64,000 nucleotides of DNA from Bryobacteraceae bacterium. Its GTDB lineage: Bacteria > Acidobacteriota > Terriglobia > Bryobacterales > Bryobacteraceae. Position 1 is the stretch's first letter. Each line of letters opens with the position of its first letter. The translations under genes and the position numbers were made by a program. Where the stretch lies: assembly GCA_035501355.1 (NCBI GenBank), contig DATJWJ010000263.1:24172-88171 (forward strand). The letters run 5' to 3'. Below, one piece after another: positions 55,972-64,000 of the stretch. The notes beneath the pieces are model-generated. The model worked only from the letters and a program-made list of their open reading frames with translations. It made no database searches and was not told the origin of the DNA.

Positions 55972-56024
55972 AAGCAGCGTTTATAGGATCACCGTAACTT
56001 ATTTTATATCGCATCATTATAAAT

Positions 56025-56053
56025 TTGCCAAATCGCCTTGGGCTGCGGATAAT
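56025..56053 (+). promoter_or_regulatory. Putative sigma70 promoter of the leu operon
   Basis: TTGCCA (56025-56030), a 17-nt spacer, then GATAAT (56048-56053). SD AGGAGG (56070-56075) lies 6 nt before the ATG at 56082. Confidence 0.5.
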
Positions 56054-56081
56054 TGAAAAAACGAACCCCAGGAGGATTCAA

Positions 56082-57254
56082 ATGCCGAACCGAGTCTACA
56101 TCTTCGACACAACCCTCCGCGATGGCGAACAATCGCCGGGCTGCAGCATGACCGTACCCGAGAAGCTGCGCTTGGCACGAAAGCTGGTGGACCTTGGCGT
56201 CGACATCCTCGAAGCCGGGTTCCCAATCGCCTCCGAGGGAGATTTCGAGGCGGTAGACGCGATCAGCCGTGAATTCTCCTGGGCTCAAGTGGCAGCGCTG
56301 GCGCGGGCTAACACGCCGGATATTGAGCGCGCGATCGAGTCGTTGAAACAGGCCCGCCGGCCGCGCATCCACACCTTCATCGCGACCAGCGAGATTCATC
56401 TCAAGTACAAGTTGAAGAAGAGCCGGCAACAGGTTTTGGATGAAGCCGTTGCGGCTGTGGAGCTGGCGCGTCATTTCACTGAGGATGTGGAGTTTTCAGC
56501 CGAGGACGCAACGCGTACTGACCTTGATTACCTGGAAGAAATTTGCCGTGCCGTAGTTGCAGCCGGCGCGCGGACGGTCAACCTTCCGGATACGGTGGGT
56601 TATTCGATTCCCGAGGAATATGCGGCTTTGATCGGCCGGATGGTGCAAGTGCTGGGAGACAGCGCCATTGTCAGCGTGCATTGCCATGACGACCTGGGCC
56701 TGGCGGTTGCCAACTCCATCGCCGCCGTACAAGCTGGAGCGCGGCAGATCGAATGCACCGTGAACGGGATCGGCGAGAGGGCAGGGAACGCGTCGCTCGA
56801 GGAGATCGTGATGGCGTTCAAGACGCGCCGCGACAAGCTGCCGTATGAAACCAAGATCGTGACGGAGCAGATTTACTCCGCCAGCCAACTCCTGGCCCAG
56901 ACCATCACGTTCGGGCCGCAGCCCAACAAAGCCATCGTGGGAGAAAATGCGTTCGCGCACGAAGCGGGTATTCATCAGGACGGCTACCTGAAGGAACGCA
57001 CCACCTACGAGATCATTGAGCCGCACACCGTCGGCGTTCCGGAAACCAAGCTGGTGCTTGGCAAGCACAGTGGGCGGCACGCACTGAACAAACGCGCCGC
57101 GGATCTGGGATTCGATCTGAATCGCGAGGAGCTGGACGCACTGTACGGGCGCTTCACCGCGCTAGCCGACCGCAAGAAGGGCCTGCGCAATGAGGAGATC
57201 GTGTCGTTGATCCACGAGTTGCTCGGGCAAACGGCCGCGGCGGCGAATGATTGA
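56082..57254 (+). CDS. leuA: 2-isopropylmalate synthase, short form lacking the C-terminal regulatory domain
   Basis: Start at ATG 56082. Motifs are [55 protein letters not shown] and [12 protein letters not shown]. It is 390 aa; see findings. Confidence 0.85.
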   Translation: MPNRVYIFDTTLRDGEQSPGCSMTVPEKLRLARKLVDLGVDILEAGFPIASEGDFEAVDAISREFSWAQVAALARANTPDIERAIESLKQARRPRIHTFIATSEIHLKYKLKKSRQQVLDEAVAAVELARHFTEDVEFSAEDATRTDLDYLEEICRAVVAAGARTVNLPDTVGYSIPEEYAALIGRMVQVLGDSAIVSVHCHDDLGLAVANSIAAVQAGARQIECTVNGIGERAGNASLEEIVMAFKTRRDKLPYETKIVTEQIYSASQLLAQTITFGPQPNKAIVGENAFAHEAGIHQDGYLKERTTYEIIEPHTVGVPETKLVLGKHSGRHALNKRAADLGFDLNREELDALYGRFTALADRKKGLRNEEIVSLIHELLGQTAAAAND

Positions 57255-57292
57255 ACTGGCGCACGCGGTCGTGTGCTGTCATAGTCGAATAA

Positions 57293-58372
57293 ATGCAACT
57301 CAACGTTCTCATTCTGCCCGGCGACGGCATCGGAACCGAGGTCACTTGCGAAGCGGTCAAAGTTCTTGAAAAAGTCGCCAACCGCTTTCAGCACGAGTTG
57401 AAGCTCACTGAAGGGCTGCTAGGCGGCATTGCGATTCATAAGACCGGGACGCCGCTACCGCAAGAAACCATCGATCGGGCTCTGGCTGCGGACGCTACGT
57501 TGATGGGCGCGGTGGGCCTGCCGGAATTCGACAACGCGCCGCCCGAGAAGCGTCCGGAGCGCGGACTGCTCGGCATTCGCAAAGTCCTGGGGGTTTACGC
57601 CAACTTGCGCCCGGTGCGCTCCTACAAAGCGCTGCTGGATTCCTCGCCGTTGAAAAACGCCCTGGTGGATGGCGTCGACATGATCATCGTGCGGGAGTTG
57701 ACTGGCGGCATTTACTATGGAACGCCGAGAGGGATCTACCAGGACGGTGAAGAGCATGCCGTCAACACCATGGCCTACACGCGCTCGGAGATCGAACGCG
57801 TTTCGCGCATGGCGTTCCATCTGGCGCGCAATCGCCGCAAGAAAGTGACCAGCGTCGACAAATCGAACGTTATTGAAACTTCGCAGCTCTGGCGCAAAGT
57901 GGTGATCGAAGTCGCGGCCGAATTTCCCGACGTCGCGCTCGATCACTTGCTGGTGGACAACTGCGCCATGCAGTTGATCCTGAATCCGCGCCGCTTCGAC
58001 GTGCTGGTGACCGAGAACATGTTCGGCGATATCCTCAGCGATGAAGGCGCAGTGCTGGCCGGATCGATCGGAATGCTGCCTTCGGCCTCGATTGGTGACC
58101 GTAAGCCCTCCGGCGCGTGGGTCGGCCTGTACGAGCCGGTGCACGGCTCGGCGCCCGATATCGCCGGACAAAACAAGGCCAATCCGTTCGGAGCCATCGG
58201 CTCGGTCGCGGCCATGCTTGAATATAGTTTCGGACTGAAAGAAGAAGCTGCGGCGGTAAACCGCGCCGTCGAGGCGGTCTTGAACTCGGGCCGGGTCACT
58301 GCGGACCTGAAACCCTCCGGCCAGCCCGCGACGACATCGCAAGTAGGAGACGCTGTAGCCAGCGCAATATGA
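57293..58372 (+). CDS. leuB: 3-isopropylmalate dehydrogenase
   Basis: 359 aa with [45 protein letters not shown] and [14 protein letters not shown]. Confidence 0.93.
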   Translation: MQLNVLILPGDGIGTEVTCEAVKVLEKVANRFQHELKLTEGLLGGIAIHKTGTPLPQETIDRALAADATLMGAVGLPEFDNAPPEKRPERGLLGIRKVLGVYANLRPVRSYKALLDSSPLKNALVDGVDMIIVRELTGGIYYGTPRGIYQDGEEHAVNTMAYTRSEIERVSRMAFHLARNRRKKVTSVDKSNVIETSQLWRKVVIEVAAEFPDVALDHLLVDNCAMQLILNPRRFDVLVTENMFGDILSDEGAVLAGSIGMLPSASIGDRKPSGAWVGLYEPVHGSAPDIAGQNKANPFGAIGSVAAMLEYSFGLKEEAAAVNRAVEAVLNSGRVTADLKPSGQPATTSQVGDAVASAI

Positions 58373-59790
58373 CGCAATCCTCCGACAAATCACGCACCAT
58401 CATCGAAAAAATCTGGGACAACCACGTCGTCGCGCAGCAGCCCGGCGCTCCGGCGCTGCTGTTCATCGATCTGCACTTGACGCACGAGGTCACCTCGCCG
58501 CAGGCCTTTGAGGGACTGCGCCAGAGGGGACTCAAGGTTCGCCGCCCGGATCTCACCATCGCGACCGCCGATCACAGTACGCCCACCACGCCGCGCTCGC
58601 TGCCGATCCTCGACAAAGTCGCGGCCGCGCAGGTCGCCCAGCTTGAAACCAATTGCCGCGAGTTCGGCATCCGCTGCTTCGGCCTGAATAGCGACCAGCA
58701 GGGCATCGTGCACGTCATCGGTCCCGAGCAGGGTTTGACGCAGCCTGGCATGACGGTGGTTTGCGGAGACAGCCACACCGCCACGCACGGAGCATTCGGT
58801 GCGCTCGCGTTCGGCATCGGCACCAGCCAAGTGGAGCATGTGCTGGCCTCGCAATGCCTGCTGCAAAACCAGTCGAAAACGTATCAGGTGCTGGTGGAGG
58901 GCTCGCTGAAGCCGGGCGTGACGGCCAAGGATATTATTCTGTCATTGATCGCGCGCATCGGAATCGGTGGTGGGACAGGCTGCGTGTTCGAATACTGCGG
59001 GCCGGCCATCCGCGCTCTCTCGATGGAAGAACGTATGACCGTTTGCAATATGTCGATCGAAGCCGGAGCCCGAGCCGGTTTGATCGCGCCGGACGACACG
59101 ACGTATCAATACATGGCGGGCCGACATTATGTGCCGAAGGGCGCGGCCTGGGATGCGGCAGTCGCGCGCTGGCGCTCGCTACCCACCGACGAAGGCGCTT
59201 GTTATGACAAAAGCATAACCATCGATGCTTCCGCGCTGCAACCGATGATTACTTTTGGAACCAATCCGGGCATGGGGATTCCGATCACAGCTTGCGTTCC
59301 CGATCCTGCCGGCGTTTCCGATCCCCTGGAGCGCGATTCGCTCGCCAAGGCGCTGCGCTACATGGATCTCGCGCCCGGCAAACCGCTGCTGGGGCATCCG
59401 GTCAACGTGGTCTTCATCGGAAGCTGCACCAACTCGCGCATTTCCGATTTGCGTAACGCCGCGCGCCTGTTGAAAGGGCGCAAAGTACATCCGGGTGTTC
59501 GCGTCATGGTGGTCCCCGGCTCGCATCAGGTGAAAGAGCAAGCGCAAGCCGAGGGCCTGGACAAGATTTTCCGCGATGCCGGCGCCGAGTGGCGCGAAGC
59601 CGGCTGCTCCATGTGCATCGCGATGAACGGCGATCAGCTGCAGCCCGGCGAATACAGCGTTTCCACCAGCAATCGCAATTTCGAAGGACGACAAGGCAAG
59701 GGCGGGCGAACGTTCCTGGCGAGCCCCCTCACTGCCGCGGCCGCCGCCATCACCGGCACGGTAAGCGACGTCCGGGAGTTGTTGCCATGA
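58369..59790 (+). CDS. leuC: 3-isopropylmalate dehydratase large subunit
   Basis: 473 aa with the aconitase-family motifs [34 protein letters not shown] and [14 protein letters not shown] overlap with leuB. Confidence 0.95.
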   Translation: MTQSSDKSRTIIEKIWDNHVVAQQPGAPALLFIDLHLTHEVTSPQAFEGLRQRGLKVRRPDLTIATADHSTPTTPRSLPILDKVAAAQVAQLETNCREFGIRCFGLNSDQQGIVHVIGPEQGLTQPGMTVVCGDSHTATHGAFGALAFGIGTSQVEHVLASQCLLQNQSKTYQVLVEGSLKPGVTAKDIILSLIARIGIGGGTGCVFEYCGPAIRALSMEERMTVCNMSIEAGARAGLIAPDDTTYQYMAGRHYVPKGAAWDAAVARWRSLPTDEGACYDKSITIDASALQPMITFGTNPGMGIPITACVPDPAGVSDPLERDSLAKALRYMDLAPGKPLLGHPVNVVFIGSCTNSRISDLRNAARLLKGRKVHPGVRVMVVPGSHQVKEQAQAEGLDKIFRDAGAEWREAGCSMCIAMNGDQLQPGEYSVSTSNRNFEGRQGKGGRTFLASPLTAAAAAITGTVSDVRELLP

Positions 59791-60383
59791 CCAAGTTCAC
59801 AGCGTTCGAAAGCCGGATGGTTCCGATGCCCATCGACAACATCGATACCGACCAGATCATTCCGGCGCGATTCTTGAAAACAATTTCGAAGGATGGTCTG
59901 GGCGACCAGCTTTTTTACGATTGGCGCTACGACGCCGCAGGCCAGCCGAAGCCCGACTTCATCCTCAACACGTCCGCTGCCAAGAGCGCGAAGATCCTCC
60001 TGGCCGGCGACAACTTCGGCTGCGGCAGCTCCCGCGAGCATGCACCCTGGGCTCTGACGCAGTACGGCTTTCGCGCGGTGATCAGCACCTCGTTCGCCGA
60101 CATTTTCCGCCAGAATTCGCTGAAGAACTCGCTGCTGCCGATCGTAGTACCGCGCGATGTGCATGCGGAGCTATTCGCGAATCCGGACGCGACGGTCAAA
60201 GTGGATTTGGCGACTCAGACGCTGACGCTGCCCGGTGGCCGCGCGGTGGAGTTCCCCGTCGACAGCTTCGCCAAGCATTGTTTGCTCGAAGGCATCGACG
60301 AGCTCGGCTTCATCTTGCAGCAGACGCCGGCGATAGCAGCCTTCGAAGCGGCGCATCCTGCCCCGATCAACACGCGCGCCTGA
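59787..60383 (+). CDS. leuD: 3-isopropylmalate dehydratase small subunit
   Basis: Start at ATG 59787 (ATGA overlap). Sequence is [31 protein letters not shown]...[17 protein letters not shown]. Confidence 0.95.
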   Translation: MTKFTAFESRMVPMPIDNIDTDQIIPARFLKTISKDGLGDQLFYDWRYDAAGQPKPDFILNTSAAKSAKILLAGDNFGCGSSREHAPWALTQYGFRAVISTSFADIFRQNSLKNSLLPIVVPRDVHAELFANPDATVKVDLATQTLTLPGGRAVEFPVDSFAKHCLLEGIDELGFILQQTPAIAAFEAAHPAPINTRA

Positions 60384-60410
60384 GTAATCCTTGAACCGAG
60401 ATCATCCATA

Positions 60411-61610
60411 ATGGAAGACCCGCTGGGCCTGGTGATGACCGGCGGAGGCGCGCGCGGCGCCTACCAGGCCGGCGTGTTGAAACGAATTGGCGAGCTGGAG
60501 CGTGTACGCGGCAAAGGCAATCCGTTTCCCATCATCGGGGGCGCTTCTGCCGGGGCCATCAACGGCGCGGCTCTCGCCATTGGCAGCGACGATTTTTCAA
60601 CCGCGACCGAAGTGCTGACCCAACTGTGGTCCGGCATCCACCCGTCCGACGTCTTTCGCACCGACGCGATGTCCCAGGCCCGGAATTCGATTACTTGGAT
60701 CATGGACCTGTCCTTTGGCGGCGTTCTGGGAGGCGGCAACGCCCAGTCGCTACTGGACGCCACGCCGCTGCGGCACTTCCTGAACAAGCACGTTAAATGC
60801 GACCGGATCCAGACCAACATCAGCCGCGGGCACTTGTACGCATTCGCCATTTCCGCTACCAATTACAACTCCGGCAAAAGCTACCTGTTCATCCAGGGCA
60901 AGAAGGGACATCCCATCTGGAATCGGGTGCGCCGCGTGACGGTGGCGACCAAGATCACAGTGGAGCATCTCTGCGCTTCGGCCGCCATTCCGTTGGTGTT
61001 TCCGGCGGTGCGCCTGGAAGTTGGACGGGAGAGCGCGTTCTTTGGCGACGGATGCATTCGCTTGCAGCAGCCGCTCAGTCCGGTCATCCGTTTAGGCGCC
61101 GACAGGATTCTGGCCATCGGTGTTCGGGGCGAAAACACCGAGCATCAAAACGAGTCGCAGTCAGACCGCAGAAATCCTTCGCTGGCGCAAGTTCTGGGAG
61201 TTTTACTGAACGTAATGTTCCTGGATCACCTGGCGGCCGACGTCGAGCATCTGGAACGCTTGAACGAGCTGATCCGCATGGGCCGGATCGGCTCGGCCGG
61301 CAAGGACGGGCCGGAAAAGATGCGCGCCCTCCGCGCCTTAATCATCACGCCTTCGGTGGACCTGTCGAAGCTCGCCGCCCAACATCAGAAAGACATGCCG
61401 TACCTGCTTTCATATTTCATGAGCGGCCTGGGGCGCGATGCCGAGTCCTGCGCCGATCTGATGAGCTACCTGCTGTTCACTCCGCGCTACACCAACGCGC
61501 TGATTGACCTCGGCTACCACGATGCCGACGGACGAATGGATGAGATCGAGGATTTTTTGTTTTCGTCGGGCGGGAAAGCGCCTTCCGTGCGGAAGCGCAG
61601 CCGGGCCTGA
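60411..61610 (+). CDS. Patatin-like phospholipase
   Basis: 399 aa with the oxyanion motif GGGARGAYQAGVL, the nucleophile elbow GASAGAIN and the catalytic Asp motif FGDGC. Confidence 0.9.
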   Translation: MEDPLGLVMTGGGARGAYQAGVLKRIGELERVRGKGNPFPIIGGASAGAINGAALAIGSDDFSTATEVLTQLWSGIHPSDVFRTDAMSQARNSITWIMDLSFGGVLGGGNAQSLLDATPLRHFLNKHVKCDRIQTNISRGHLYAFAISATNYNSGKSYLFIQGKKGHPIWNRVRRVTVATKITVEHLCASAAIPLVFPAVRLEVGRESAFFGDGCIRLQQPLSPVIRLGADRILAIGVRGENTEHQNESQSDRRNPSLAQVLGVLLNVMFLDHLAADVEHLERLNELIRMGRIGSAGKDGPEKMRALRALIITPSVDLSKLAAQHQKDMPYLLSYFMSGLGRDAESCADLMSYLLFTPRYTNALIDLGYHDADGRMDEIEDFLFSSGGKAPSVRKRSRA

Positions 61611-61648
61611 TTTCCCCCGCACCAGCTCGCAAGTGGCACACTAGAGGT

Positions 61649-61894
61649 ATGGCGCGTGGTTGGGAAAGCAAGTCCATCGAATCCCAGATCGAGGCGGCCG
61701 AAGAGCGTAAGAGCGCTGCACATGCCGCCGCCGTCGACGCGGCCGAGGTCGAACGAAAGCGGCAGCGAGATAGTCTGCAATTGTCGCGCACCCGCATCCT
61801 GAACGATATCGAACAAGCCCGGAATCCGAAATATCAGGAAACGCTGAAAGCCGCGCTGAAACATCTGGACGACAAATTGGCGGAACTCAAATAG
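61649..61894 (+). CDS. Hypothetical small charged/coiled-coil protein
   Basis: 81 aa, highly charged and helical-looking. Its stop overlaps the GTG of the next gene (TAGTG). Confidence 0.45.
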   Translation: MARGWESKSIESQIEAAEERKSAAHAAAVDAAEVERKRQRDSLQLSRTRILNDIEQARNPKYQETLKAALKHLDDKLAELK

Positions 61895-62379
61895 TGCGCT
61901 TCCGCCTCGCAGCACCAGCCGATCTGGAGGCCGTCACGGAGCTGATCAACGCGGCCTTCAAGGTAGAGCGCTTTTTCATCGTGGGTGATCGCATCAATTT
62001 GGAGGGCGTCCGGGAGTTGGCTAAGAAAGGCCAATTCATCCTCCTCGACGACAGCGCCGGTCTGGCCGGTTGCGTGTACGTCGAAATCAAGGGCGAGCGA
62101 GCGTATATTGGCTTGTTGTCCGTCAATCCTGATCGGCAGAGATCGGGTCTCGGTTTGCGGCTCATGCACTCCGCCGAAGATCACTGCCGCGAAGCCGGGT
62201 GCCGCTTCGTCGACCTGCGAATCGTGAACATCCGCCAAGAACTGCCCGATTTTTACGCGCGGCTTGGCTATCGCGAGACGGGGACGGCGCCCTTCACGCC
62301 CGGCATCGTCACCAAACTGCCCTGCCATTTTGTGGAAATGACCAAGGCGCTCGAGCGCGCCAGCGAAGCCGCCAGTTAG
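61894..62379 (+). CDS. GNAT-family N-acetyltransferase
   Basis: 161 aa with the acetyl-CoA binding motif LSVNPDRQRSGLGLRLMHSAEDHCREAG. Confidence 0.85.
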   Translation: MRFRLAAPADLEAVTELINAAFKVERFFIVGDRINLEGVRELAKKGQFILLDDSAGLAGCVYVEIKGERAYIGLLSVNPDRQRSGLGLRLMHSAEDHCREAGCRFVDLRIVNIRQELPDFYARLGYRETGTAPFTPGIVTKLPCHFVEMTKALERASEAAS

Positions 62380-62502
62380 CTCAAAGCGATCACGGCTATC
62401 CCATTTGCGGACACTCGCGCCGATTCAGCGCCAACTCCGCATCCAGGTTTCAATCGTTTAGATTGGCCGTCAGCTTGCCCCATCCATTTCGAACGAGCGA
62501 CC

Positions 62503-63663
62503 ATGACTCTTGTGAGCACCGAAGTTCAAGGCGCAGCTAACCAAACCGGCGTGTTACGAATCCTGGTGGGCGACGATCAGGCCGACGTACTGGAAGCGCT
62601 GCGCTTGTTGCTGAAGGGCGCGGGCCATCAGAGTGTGCTGGTGGATTCTCCTCAAGCGCTGCTTCGCGCCGCTCGACGCGAGCCGTTTGACTTGATCCTG
62701 ATGGATCTCAACTACGCGCGCGACACTACCTCCGGAGCCGAAGGCCTGGATCTTTTGTCCAATCTTCAGGCGCAGCACAATGCCGCGCCGGTGGTTGTTA
62801 TGACCGCATGGGGCAGCGTAGATCTGGCAGTGGAAGCCATGCGGCGGGGCGCATGCGATTTCGTGCAGAAGCCGTGGGACAACGCGCGGCTGCTGGAGAC
62901 CGTCCGCAAGCAAACCGCGCAGGCCGCCGAGCGATTGGAAGCGCAGCGCAGCATCAAATCCGAGATGGAGATCGCCCGGCACGTCCAGCAAAAGCTTTTC
63001 CCGCACGAAAACCGGCGGCTGGCCACGTTGGATTTCGCCGGCCAGTGCCTGGCGGCGCGCGAAGTCAGCGGGGACTACTACGACTTTTTCGACACCGGCG
63101 AGGACGGTCTGGGCTTCGTGCTGGCCGACGTCTCCGGCAAAGGTGTCGCGGCCGCGCTACTGATGGCCAATCTGCAAGCTTCCTTTCGCAGCCAGCCTCG
63201 GGAGGCGCTGCGGCATCCGGCGGAGGCCTTGCGCACGGTGAATCAGTTATTCTACGAGTCCACGCCGCCGGAGCATTTTGCAACCTTGTTCTTCGGTCAT
63301 TACGACGACCGGACGCGGCGGCTTTCTTACGCCAATTGCGGCCACCTGCCGCCGCTCGTGATGCGCGCTGATGGGTCTATCGAGCGGCTCATGCCGACGG
63401 CCACGGTGATCGGCGTTTTCAAACAGTGGATCAGCGAAACGCGCACGGTGGATCTTCACCCCGGCGACACGCTGGTGCTGTTCAGCGATGGGATCACCGA
63501 AGCGGGTATCGACCGAGGCGTTGAATTTGGCGAAGAGGGGCTGTTATCGCTGATCCGGAAAGGCCGTGGCCAGGGCGCGGCGGTGCTGGTTGACCGGATT
63601 ATCGACGCGGTGGCCGGTGATCGCCACGACGATGCCACCGCAGTGGTATTGCGCGCGCGATAA
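62503..63663 (+). CDS. Response-regulator receiver fused to PP2C/SpoIIE-type phosphatase (RsbU-like)
   Basis: REC domain ILVGDDQADVLE...DLILMDLNY...VVVMTAWGS..DFVQKPW, then PP2C with SGDYYDFF..GFVLADVSGKG..LVLFSDGITEA..HDDATAVVLR. Confidence 0.9.
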   Translation: MTLVSTEVQGAANQTGVLRILVGDDQADVLEALRLLLKGAGHQSVLVDSPQALLRAARREPFDLILMDLNYARDTTSGAEGLDLLSNLQAQHNAAPVVVMTAWGSVDLAVEAMRRGACDFVQKPWDNARLLETVRKQTAQAAERLEAQRSIKSEMEIARHVQQKLFPHENRRLATLDFAGQCLAAREVSGDYYDFFDTGEDGLGFVLADVSGKGVAAALLMANLQASFRSQPREALRHPAEALRTVNQLFYESTPPEHFATLFFGHYDDRTRRLSYANCGHLPPLVMRADGSIERLMPTATVIGVFKQWISETRTVDLHPGDTLVLFSDGITEAGIDRGVEFGEEGLLSLIRKGRGQGAAVLVDRIIDAVAGDRHDDATAVVLRAR

Positions 63664-63711
63664 TGTGTGAGTGCGCCGCTATCTGCCTTCGCGCTCCTCT
63701 TTTGTGGCGTG

Positions 63712-64000
63712 ATGTTTTCCGAAGAGCTGAAAGTGGATCACGTCACCGTTGCAGGCCGCGACCTGCGGGCGATGCGAAGCGCGCTCGAAGCCGCAGGCCT
63801 CAAAGCGGAATACGGCGGACCGCATTCCAATCACGCCACTGAAATGGCGCTCACCAGCTTCCCCGATGGTTCTTATCTGGAACTGATCGCGATCCAGCCG
63901 AATGCAGATCCTAAGGCCGTCGCCGCGCATGAATGGCGCAAGTCGCTCGAAGGCGATGCCGGCCCGACCGCATGGGCCGTTCGTCCCACGGATCTTCCGG
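63712..64000 (+). CDS. Glyoxalase/VOC-like domain protein (3' end cut by window edge)
   Basis: My own translation from ATG 63712 is MFSEELKVDHVTVAGRDLRAMRSALEAAGLKAEYGGPHSNHATEMALTSFPDGSYLELIAIQPN..., open to the window end. It is absent from the ORF track because no stop is reached. Confidence 0.6.
   Translation, partial: MFSEELKVDHVTVAGRDLRAMRSALEAAGLKAEYGGPHSNHATEMALTSFPDGSYLELIAIQPNADPKAVAAHEWRKSLEGDAGPTAWAVRPTDLP

Noticed and set aside
60411-61610. Patatin-like phospholipase as a possible CBASS (CapV-like) effector
   Set aside because: There is no CD-NTase/cyclase, E1/E2/JAB or other signalling gene adjacent. It follows the leu operant directly and looks like a stand-alone lipase.
63679-63930. 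83-aa minus-strand ORF at the window end
   Set aside because: It is antisense to a plus-strand frame that is open to the window edge and reads as a Glyoxalase/VOC-like domain (VDHVTVAG...GGPHSNHATEMAL..YLELIAI).

Overview
GC-rich, densely coding chromosomal segment with about 55 CDS on both strands and many 1-4 nt start/stop overlaps. Gene content points to an Acidobacteriota genome of the Solibacter/Bryobacter type: three ADOP-type duplicated orphan FtsX/MacB permeases, a TIGR03435-type protein, an NHL-repeat protein with a TIGR03437-type C-terminal domain, and an M56(BlaR1)-TonB sensor. Core anchors are the 3' 1221 codons of rpoC, followed by a clean intrinsic terminator, and a leuA(short)-leuB-leuC-leuD operon with a divergent LysR regulator. 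Between them lie accessory-type genes. These include five small toxin-antitoxin-like modules: VapBC, DUF433/DUF5615, TacA/TacT-like with a decayed toxin, HicAB, and XRE-HTH/nucleotidyltransferase. There are also two exported B3-type metallo-beta-lactamase-fold proteins (one in a BlaI-BlaR1-like operon) and a Ser/Thr kinase operon flanked by ADOP permeases. The most interesting part is a five-gene lipid-linked glycan operon (methyltransferase, Wzy_C/O-antigen-ligase family, GT-C, Wzx-like flippase, GtrB/ArnC-like GT2). It converges on a three-gene operon encoding a 278-aa Cys-motif secreted protein, a 1517-aa secreted protein with no recognisable catalytic domain, and a polytopic GT-C-like membrane protein. 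I recognised no rRNA, tRNA, CRISPR array, transposase or integrase. All functional calls come from reading the supplied translations and the DNA for family motifs; no database search or structure prediction was run.
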